Part shown: in pieces, positions 18,880-25,978 of the stretch
How the letters are laid out: the number at the start of each line of letters is the position of its first letter
Position numbering within the stretch: position 1 is the stretch's first letter
Source: a virus
Virus record (IMG/VR): IMGVR_UViG_3300022744_000026
Location: 14,098-78,097 of that record
Direction: 5' to 3' (one strand)
DNA length: 64,000 nt
Program-made: the position numbers and the translations under genes
The notes under the pieces: generated by a model
What the model was told of the DNA's origin: nothing
Databases searched by the model: none
What the model saw: only the letters and a program-made list of their open reading frames with translations

Positions 18880-19890
18880 GGGCCATCAAGTCAGCCGGCG
18901 TATGCCCGTTGACTTGATGGCCCCACATCCAAGGCTTGGCCCCTTGGAGTTCCCAGCGATGGGGAGATACACGAGACACGCTGCCTTATGCGAGTGTGGG
19001 GCCGTCAGCTATCACAGATGCGCCAGCCGGAAAGCCCGGCAACTGCGCGACAAACAGTCCCAAGCCTGGGGCATCTGTGATGGTTGCACGCAGAAATGCG
19101 CACATAGACCGACGAGGGAAGGCGTCTGCTGGACGACGCCGGAAGACGATACGCGGATCATCACCGCCCCTGCGACTCGGGTCTCAGTCTTCACCGACCA
19201 TCACCAAATTCCGGACCGCGGCCCACAGCGCGATGGGAATCAAAACAGGCTTTCTGTGGGCGAGCTGAGGCGCGCGAGATAAGCGCCACCGTGAGGCGGA
19301 CCGTTAAGTCGTCAACACCTGGGGCAGCCCGGGGCGCGCAGGGGTAGTGCCTGACAAACCACCCGGGGGAAGGGCCCGGGGCCACCGGATTGCGAGCAGC
19401 ACTGGCGACTGCAGCAGACTGTAAATCTGTAGCCCCTAGGGGCAACGGGGTTCGACTCCCTGGCAATCCACCACTGACCATCATCACAGCGGGTGAGCGC
19501 CTGCTGCGATGATGGCCGGCGCAGTCTTGGCCTCTGCGCATCGAGCCGCACACCCCGTGCGCGCCCGCGGTAAGCACCCTGCCTCATGGGATCGGTCGTC
19601 AACAGCCGTTGTAACGGATGCCGCTGGGCCTACGGCCGGAGTGCATCGCCGCAGTCTACGTAAGCGGCACAATCAACAAGCGGTGGGTAATCGGCCTAGA
19701 GTCGTCATCATCCCCCACTGGCCGGGAAACCGGCTGACGCGAATAGCCGATCTGCGGCGGTCTCGCGCCACAAGGTCGCCGCAGACTTCAGCGCCACCCC
19801 CGGGTGGCGTTGTCGTTTGTAACGTGCATCCTCCTCAGCGCCCCGTGGCGCCGTTGCCTACCCCCGCGCCTAGGCGGGTCACAAGCCCGG
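18880..19890 (+). ncRNA. Putative cluster of structured non-coding RNA elements around tRNA-Tyr
   Basis: Series of long inverted repeats; no convincing coding ORF. Confidence 0.45.
19387..19473 (+). tRNA. tRNA-Tyr (GTA)
   Basis: Acceptor GGATTGC/GCAATCC-A-CCA; anticodon arm GCAGA-CTGTAAA-TCTGT; long variable arm; GGTTCGACTCC T arm. Confidence 0.9.
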
Positions 19891-19941
19891 CCTGATAAAT
19901 TAAATTTGCGTCATCAACTACCGCGCTTCGGCGCTAATGTC

Positions 19942-20547
19942 ATGACGCAGATCAAACACCTCCTGGCCGCCGCCCTGTGCGGCATTTCGTTCGCTGCCGC
20001 CGCTGGCGGCTCTGGCGAGTACCGCACCAGCGGCACGGCCTCGGGCAGCACCAGCGGCACGGCAACCGCCGTCGCGCGCACCGCGCCGGGCCAGATGGGC
20101 AGCTCGTACAGCTTCGCCAGCGGCGAGGGCCGCGCCACATACAGCGCCACCCCTGGCGCCGGCTCGTTCGACGTGTCGAGCAGCGGCATCGCGTGGAACC
20201 AGTCGACCGGCGGCGCCACTGGGCAAGCCACATCGCTCGGCGACTCCCGCGCCACCATTGCCAGCGGCACGCGCGCAGTCGGCGGGAGCGGTGTAGGGCA
20301 AGCCGGCTACAGCATCGCTGCCGGCGACAACCAGGGCATTACCGCCAGCGGGCAGGCCACGGGCAACTACACAGCCAGTGCGGTGCCTGGGTCTGCGCGG
20401 GTGACCTACACGGCTGACGCCCTGGCGGGCAAGGGCGGTGTAACCGTCGACGGCACGCCCCTGGCGGCCGGCACCGGCACGTCCATGGCCTCGGCTGTGG
20501 CAAACGCCGTCGCTGGCGTGGCCGTTCGTACCCACGGCGAGGACTGA
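19942..20547 (+). CDS. Secreted Gly/Ser/Ala/Thr-rich protein
   Basis: Signal peptide MTQIKHLLAAALCGISFAAAA; low-complexity beta-type body. Confidence 0.7.
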   Translation: MTQIKHLLAAALCGISFAAAAGGSGEYRTSGTASGSTSGTATAVARTAPGQMGSSYSFASGEGRATYSATPGAGSFDVSSSGIAWNQSTGGATGQATSLGDSRATIASGTRAVGGSGVGQAGYSIAAGDNQGITASGQATGNYTASAVPGSARVTYTADALAGKGGVTVDGTPLAAGTGTSMASAVANAVAGVAVRTHGED

Positions 20548-20550
20548 TCC

Positions 20551-21453
20551 ATGAAGCGCATCCTTGCAGTGATCTGCCTGGGTGTCGCTTCGGCGGCATC
20601 CTGGGCGCAGTCCAGCGCGACGCAGCAAGCGGACGCGGCGGCGAGCAATGCCGGCGTGAGCACCGGCGTGCAGTCGCAGTCGAGCGCGCAGACGTGGGTG
20701 TTCCCGGCACCGGTGGCCCCGGGCATGGTTGTGGCGGCCAAGTGCACGAATGCCGGCGTCAAGTCGGCCGCGCTGCTGTTCAACTTGGTTTCGTGGTCCG
20801 TGCCTGACCGCGAGGTGTCGCTCGGCTGTCAGGCTGCGGCTGACATCGACATGCTGGTGCGGCTGTGCCAGTTCGGCGCCGCGGCGCGCGTGCAAGCGCA
20901 TTACCTGCGCGCGGCATACGGCATCGAGGTGGCGCCACACCCAGGCGCGGTCGACCTGGGGCCGGACGAGTGCTTCAAGCCGAAGGCGGCGCCAGCGCCT
21001 GTGCCCATCGAGGCGCTGCCGCCGACGTCGGCCGGGCCGGCGCCCGTGGCGCAGCCGGTGGTGGAGGTGCACCCGTTGCCGCCGGCACCGGCGCCTGCGC
21101 CGCCAGCGCCACCCGCCGCGGCGCAGCGCCAGCCGTTCGAAGTGACCGTCCTGTTCCCGTTCGACAAGTCAACTCTCGACGCGAACGCCCGCACAGCCCT
21201 GGACGTCGCTGCCAGGTACGTGCAAGCCACGCCAGCCGCCAAGCTGGTGCTGACCATCGGACACGCCGACCGCAAGGGCGCCGCCGCCTACAACGTCGAC
21301 CTGTCGCGGCGTCGCGCCGAGTCCGTGAGCGCATTCCTCTTGGCGGCCGGCGTGCGCCCCGAGATGATGCGCATCGAGTACCGAGGCAGCACCGAGCCCG
21401 TGTCACCGCAGGATGAGCGAAACCGACGCGCCACCTTGCAGGTGATTGAGTAA
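20551..21453 (+). CDS. Secreted OmpA-family (peptidoglycan-binding) protein
   Basis: Signal peptide; Pro-rich linker; VLFPFDKS, GHADRKG..YN..LS.RRA.SV and RNRR. Confidence 0.9.
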   Translation: MKRILAVICLGVASAASWAQSSATQQADAAASNAGVSTGVQSQSSAQTWVFPAPVAPGMVVAAKCTNAGVKSAALLFNLVSWSVPDREVSLGCQAAADIDMLVRLCQFGAAARVQAHYLRAAYGIEVAPHPGAVDLGPDECFKPKAAPAPVPIEALPPTSAGPAPVAQPVVEVHPLPPAPAPAPPAPPAAAQRQPFEVTVLFPFDKSTLDANARTALDVAARYVQATPAAKLVLTIGHADRKGAAAYNVDLSRRRAESVSAFLLAAGVRPEMMRIEYRGSTEPVSPQDERNRRATLQVIE

Positions 21454-21486
21454 AACTATCAGCAAAAATGAGTAAGAGCAACTAGA

Positions 21487-22215
21487 ATGGGCGCTCTTTT
21501 ACTGGGGGATGTGATGAGTGATGTGACTTACTCGCAGTGGCTCGAAATGGGCTACACGAAGGTTTTGCTGGAGCAGATCAAGGGTATGGCAGGCGACTGC
21601 CCTGACCCTGGTGCCTGCGAGGCTGGCATGATCTGCCAGGCGGCTGCGGAGAGGTTGACGTCGGCGCAGCATGCCGACCATCTGCCGCCCGGCCACCCCG
21701 ATCGCGCCAAGGCATTCTTCGCCAGCCGGCCGATGCCGACCACTGCTCCGGTGGCGCCTCTGGCGGACACCATCCGCGCGATCGCAGAGAACGTCGATGT
21801 CACCGGCGCAGATGGGTATGGCAGTCTATGGCAAGCGCAGCCTGGCGACCCCGACGATCAGTGCACCACCCGTGAAGATGGCAAGCGCATGTACTTCGCG
21901 CCGACAACGGATTGGATCCCGACGTCGCATTCATCGGCTATTGATGCGACCGGCGCTCCCGACACCCAGTGCACCACCCACGGGGACGGCGAGTGCGACG
22001 CGCAGGGGTCTTGCATGCATGCCCCGCCCGCCGCATCGCGGGTGCCGCTGACGCCGGCACAGCAACATGCGGATGAACTGCGCAGCCTGCTGTCCGGCTG
22101 GGTCGACAGCTTTGCCGACTGCATCGAAGGCGGCGAGTCCGACGAGATGGTGGTGGCGACCCGCGCCGCGCTCGCAAAGACTGAGGCCTCCAGCCAGGAA
22201 GGCGGTGCAGCATGA
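21487..22215 (+). CDS. Hypothetical mosaic protein
   Basis: First gene of an ATGA-coupled cassette array. Confidence 0.55.
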   Translation: MGALLLGDVMSDVTYSQWLEMGYTKVLLEQIKGMAGDCPDPGACEAGMICQAAAERLTSAQHADHLPPGHPDRAKAFFASRPMPTTAPVAPLADTIRAIAENVDVTGADGYGSLWQAQPGDPDDQCTTREDGKRMYFAPTTDWIPTSHSSAIDATGAPDTQCTTHGDGECDAQGSCMHAPPAASRVPLTPAQQHADELRSLLSGWVDSFADCIEGGESDEMVVATRAALAKTEASSQEGGAA

Positions 22216-22505
22216 CCCACCGCGTCTACAAATACCAGCTACCCGGGCTGAGCGACTGGATCACCATGTGGATGCCCGCTGGCGCCGAGCCGCTGTGCGT
22301 TCAGGTGCAGAACGACCAGCCATGCATGTGGGCGCGGGTGGATATCAGCCAGCCACCCACAGTGTACCACTTCCGCGTCGCTGGCACGGGACACGACCTG
22401 GGGAGCAACGTTGGCAGGCACATCGGCAGTTTTCAGATGCACGGCGGCGCGCTGGTGTTCCACGTTTTTGCGGATGGGGTTGAGCAGAAAGGCGGTGCAG
22501 CATGA
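22212..22505 (+). CDS. Conserved hypothetical phage protein
   Basis: VYKY.L...MPAGA..L.VQ.Q...MWA.V...GTGH...IGSFQ...LVFHVF. Confidence 0.75.
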   Translation: MTHRVYKYQLPGLSDWITMWMPAGAEPLCVQVQNDQPCMWARVDISQPPTVYHFRVAGTGHDLGSNVGRHIGSFQMHGGALVFHVFADGVEQKGGAA

Positions 22506-22726
22506 GCACGGACAAGCCGCTGGCGTTGGCGCTGGCCGATAGCGCGCACCTTGGGTATCGCGTGGGGTGGCAAAAGCAGGCTCAGTCCGAACTGCGCCGT
22601 CTGCATGCGCGAGTGCAGGAGTTGGAGGCCGCCACAGATCCGGGTAAACGGTGCCCATGCGGCTACCCAATGCCGTGCGCCATAAATGTCCCCATCGGGT
22701 TCTGCAGGAATGGCGGTGCAGCATGA
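22502..22726 (+). CDS. Hypothetical protein
   Basis: ATGA coupling; ALALAD...ELRRLH motif shared with the next gene. Confidence 0.6.
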   Translation: MSTDKPLALALADSAHLGYRVGWQKQAQSELRRLHARVQELEAATDPGKRCPCGYPMPCAINVPIGFCRNGGAA

Positions 22727-22998
22727 GCGCCGACAAGCAACCCAAGGCGCTACGGCTGGCTGATGCGCTCAAAAGCCGGACGCGCTGGCATGACTTGACC
22801 GACGACCAGTGCGATGCGGCAGCCGCAGAGCTGCAACGCCTGCACGAGCTGAATGCGCAGTTGCTGGCGGCGCTGCGCGGCTGCATCAGCGAGGCTGAAC
22901 ATGTCGGCGCTGACGGCTGGATGACTGGCGGAATGCACTCTGACGAGTATCGCGCGGCAGTCGCAGCCATCGCAGCCGCAACGCAGGCCACCCTATGA
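22723..22998 (+). CDS. Hypothetical protein
   Basis: QPKALRLADAL...AAAELQRLH motif. Confidence 0.65.
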   Translation: MSADKQPKALRLADALKSRTRWHDLTDDQCDAAAAELQRLHELNAQLLAALRGCISEAEHVGADGWMTGGMHSDEYRAAVAAIAAATQATL

Positions 22999-23186
22999 CC
23001 ACCGACACCTTCCTCCACCAAGCCGAGTCCTTCCTCACCCGCCACGGCCGCCGCGCCTGGTGGCAGGTGATGGGTGACCACGGTGTCGATACGCTAGCTG
23101 GTGCGATCGAGAAGCGGGACAGGATCGCGGAGACGATGCGCGATATCGACGCCATCACCAGCGGGCTTCCCGGCCCCGAGGCGTGA
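22995..23186 (+). CDS. Hypothetical protein
   Basis: ATGA coupling. Confidence 0.5.
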   Translation: MTTDTFLHQAESFLTRHGRRAWWQVMGDHGVDTLAGAIEKRDRIAETMRDIDAITSGLPGPEA

Positions 23187-23195
23187 CCCCACACT
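23182..23195 (+). promoter_or_regulatory. Putative late promoter CGTGAC-CC-CACACT
   Basis: ATG 23202 follows 6 nt later. Confidence 0.75.
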
Positions 23196-23201
23196 CCCCG
23201 C

Positions 23202-24341
23202 ATGGCCCTACTTTTCGACCTCGCAGCCCTATCCGCACGCCAGACCGACGCGGTCCTGCATGACATTTTCTGCAAGGCCCACGGGCACGAGGGCGACGGC
23301 GATGGGATATGGGCACCGGTCGACAACCCGTTTCTGGAGCGGATCGTTCAGCTATTCAGCGACCGTGGCCTGATGCGGATCGGAAGGCTGCGCGACGAGC
23401 TGCAGGCGTGGCTGGCTGGGGACCGGCACCAGGCCGGCGAGGCGAAGCCGCGCCCGCCGACAGATCGCGTCGTCTGGACGGATCAGGAGCTTGGCGTGGT
23501 GCGCCTGTACCTGCGCTCTCTGCCGCCAGACGCATGGACGATTGACGATCACATGCTGCTGGTGGACTTCCTGCACCAGCGCTACATGAGCCCGGACGAC
23601 CTGCGCACGGAGGCCGATTGGCTGGCGAGCCGGTCCGTCCTCATGGGGCGCGTGCAGTCGCAGATGGACACGCTGACGACCAAGCAGGCTGACGCCGTAC
23701 TGGCGGCAGAGTCCGTCCCGGCATGGCCTGAACTCGCCGGGCAGGTGCTGTCATTCGCCCGCAACCGCTGCGCCGATGCCGTCACCAGGGTGAGCGAAGG
23801 CATGCGGCTGCAACTGCGCCAGACGATCGCTCAGGAGGTGGAGCAGGCGCACCTGGCGGGGCGGCCGGTGTGGTCGACGGCGCTTCAGACGAGGCTGCAG
23901 GATGAGTACATGGTGCAGAACAGGGACTGGCGGCGCGTGGCGCTCACCGAGTCAGCCGAGGCGCTGAATCAGGGGTTCGTGGCCTGCCAGGAGCCGGGCC
24001 AGAAGCTCAAGCGGGTGGAGCAGTACAAGGGCGTCTGCGCGTGGTGCGCGAAGATCGACGGGCGGGTGATGGAGGTGGTTGACCCGAGTGAGCCGGAGAA
24101 GGATGGGGAGAGGCAAATTTGGGTCGGGAAAACGAACGTCGGCCGAAGCGTGGCGCCTCGCAAGCGCGTGGGTGATCTGCTGGTGGAGCGTGAGCCGGAT
24201 GAGCTATACCATATCGCTTCCGGCGCCCAACATCCAAATTGCAGAGGCAGATGGGTTCCCGTCATCACCGACAAGCCCGGTGACGACCCTCAGTTCGGAG
24301 ACTGGTTGCGGGCTACTTTGCAGGGCGTGACGGCAGCATAG
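23202..24341 (+). CDS. Head morphogenesis protein (Mu gpF/SPP1 gp7-like)
   Basis: RDWRRVALTE, CAWC and HPNCRGRW. Confidence 0.8.
   Translation: MALLFDLAALSARQTDAVLHDIFCKAHGHEGDGDGIWAPVDNPFLERIVQLFSDRGLMRIGRLRDELQAWLAGDRHQAGEAKPRPPTDRVVWTDQELGVVRLYLRSLPPDAWTIDDHMLLVDFLHQRYMSPDDLRTEADWLASRSVLMGRVQSQMDTLTTKQADAVLAAESVPAWPELAGQVLSFARNRCADAVTRVSEGMRLQLRQTIAQEVEQAHLAGRPVWSTALQTRLQDEYMVQNRDWRRVALTESAEALNQGFVACQEPGQKLKRVEQYKGVCAWCAKIDGRVMEVVDPSEPEKDGERQIWVGKTNVGRSVAPRKRVGDLLVEREPDELYHIASGAQHPNCRGRWVPVITDKPGDDPQFGDWLRATLQGVTAA
24326..24339 (+). promoter_or_regulatory. Putative late promoter CGTGAC-GG-CAGCAT
   Basis: ATG 24346 follows 6 nt later. Confidence 0.75.
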
Positions 24342-24345
24342 GGCT

Positions 24346-25740
24346 ATGGCCAAGCCCGCCCCTCTCTACGTCCACCGCCCTGTCACCAACGCTGCGGACT
24401 TGGTGGCGTGGGCCCGCTCGCAGGGATTCAAGAGCCCCATGCCAGCCGAGAAGTGGCACGTGACGCAGGCATACAGCCGCAAGCCGGTGGACTGGCACGC
24501 GGCTGGTGACTCGTTCGACAAGTTGAAGGCCAGCGGCGGCGCGCGCACCGTGTCGCCTCTCGGCAAAGACGGCGCCGTGGTGCTGCACTTCGATAGCGCC
24601 GACCTGCGCCGCCGCTGGCGCGAGTTCCGCGACGCTGGCGCCTCATGGGACTACGATGCCTACCGGCCGCACGTGACCATCACCTACGACGGCGGCGACG
24701 TGGATCTGTCCAAGGTCGAACCCTACACAGGGCCGATCGAGTTCGGCCCCGAGGTGTTCGAGGCACTGAAGGAGAACCCGATGGCGAAGGCCCTTCCGTT
24801 GGTACTGCTCTTCAAGTCCATGGTCCCCACCTACACCCGCCACGACGGCACCGTAGTCCAGGCCCACAGCACCAAGGTCCAGCGCCGAGCCAGCGCGCAC
24901 CCTGGGCAAGGCGACCTGTTCCGCGAACCGTCCAAGCCGCTGGGGCCGAACCCCTACAAAGGCAAAGGCCCTGTGAAAGACACTGGTGATCTATTCGCTG
25001 ACACGGATGAGCGGCAAGCCAAACCACGGGCGCCTGCCACGGAAACGCCGGAGTTTAAGAAGTGGTTCGGCAATTCAAAGGTTGTGGACAAGGATGGGAA
25101 GCCGCTGGTGGTGTATCACGGCACCAAGTCAGATTTTGGTGCTTTCGATCTGAAGCGCGCAGGAGCAAGCGATGATGGACTGGCTGGCCGAGCTTTTTAC
25201 CTGACCTACAACCCGGAAGAAGCAAGCGGATACGCGGAGGGTGATAACTTCGGCAGAGGTGACTCACCGAACGTGATGCCTGTTTTTGTGTCCATGCAAA
25301 ACCCTTTGCGTATCGTTGACGGCAAGCTGCCGGATGGGCGGAGTGTTATGTCTGTGCATAATGGGTTTGGCTCTGGCATCAATAGCAAAGGCGGCGCAGA
25401 GGTGCAGCGCATCGCCAATGAAGGCGGACATGACGGCGTCATGTGGGTCCGCCGCGATGGCGGTGTCGGGCATGTTGCTGTTTTTAGACCCAACCAAATC
25501 AAATCTGCAACCGGCAACCGTGGCACCTTCGACCCCAGTGAGGCCGACATAACCAAGGCCCTTGCTGGCGCCAGGGTGGTGCTGCGCAAGTCAGGCGACC
25601 AGCAACTGGATGCACTGATCGCCGAGCACGAGCGGCTGGTGGGTGTGCTGAATTCGCCAGACCACGCCGACGACCGGCGAGAGGCCAAGAAGCAGGCGCG
25701 CGAGCTGGCGGGCTATCGGCGCGAGCGGCAGGCGCAATGA
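24346..25740 (+). CDS. Multidomain protein: Acb1/T4 57B-like 2H phosphoesterase fused to a polyvalent-type ADP-ribosyltransferase-like domain
   Basis: Two HxT motifs (WHVTQAYS, PHVTITY); FKKWFGNSKVVD.DGKPLVVYHGT...FY...A.GYA...V.PVF...NP...NQIKSATGN.GTFD. Confidence 0.8.
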   Translation: MAKPAPLYVHRPVTNAADLVAWARSQGFKSPMPAEKWHVTQAYSRKPVDWHAAGDSFDKLKASGGARTVSPLGKDGAVVLHFDSADLRRRWREFRDAGASWDYDAYRPHVTITYDGGDVDLSKVEPYTGPIEFGPEVFEALKENPMAKALPLVLLFKSMVPTYTRHDGTVVQAHSTKVQRRASAHPGQGDLFREPSKPLGPNPYKGKGPVKDTGDLFADTDERQAKPRAPATETPEFKKWFGNSKVVDKDGKPLVVYHGTKSDFGAFDLKRAGASDDGLAGRAFYLTYNPEEASGYAEGDNFGRGDSPNVMPVFVSMQNPLRIVDGKLPDGRSVMSVHNGFGSGINSKGGAEVQRIANEGGHDGVMWVRRDGGVGHVAVFRPNQIKSATGNRGTFDPSEADITKALAGARVVLRKSGDQQLDALIAEHERLVGVLNSPDHADDRREAKKQARELAGYRRERQAQ

Positions 25741-25943
25741 CGCAGGGCTGGCACCCGCGCGAAGTCACCCAAGCCTGGGCCGTCATCTGGCCGGACGGGC
25801 GAATGCTTGCAGACACCAGCTTCAACGACGAGCAGCACGCTTGGCAGGTCTGCCTGGGTTGGCCGGATGCCGACGAGATCGAAGCGGCCAAGCGCAGGGG
25901 CGCAAGAGCAGTTCGAGTGACCGTCGTCGCGCCGGCATCGTGA
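25737..25943 (+). CDS. Hypothetical protein
   Basis: ATGA overlap with the upstream gene. Confidence 0.55.
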   Translation: MTQGWHPREVTQAWAVIWPDGRMLADTSFNDEQHAWQVCLGWPDADEIEAAKRRGARAVRVTVVAPAS

Positions 25944-25952
25944 CCCCACACT
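25939..25952 (+). promoter_or_regulatory. Putative late promoter CGTGAC-CC-CACACT (leadered)
   Basis: 40 nt before ATG 25979, with a GAGG ribosome-binding site between. Confidence 0.7.
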
Positions 25953-25978
25953 AGGCCCCGCACCAAGCGAGGCCACGC

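Larger units (their letters stand above)
22201..22726 (+). repeat. Three copies of the 15-bp gene-junction repeat GGCGGTGCAGCATGA
   Basis: Exact copies at 22201, 22491 and 22712. Confidence 0.9.

Noticed and set aside
18842-19282. 146-aa ORF (and 19509-19895) in the tRNA region
   Set aside because: Weak starts, atypical composition and overlap with strong RNA stems; more likely non-coding.
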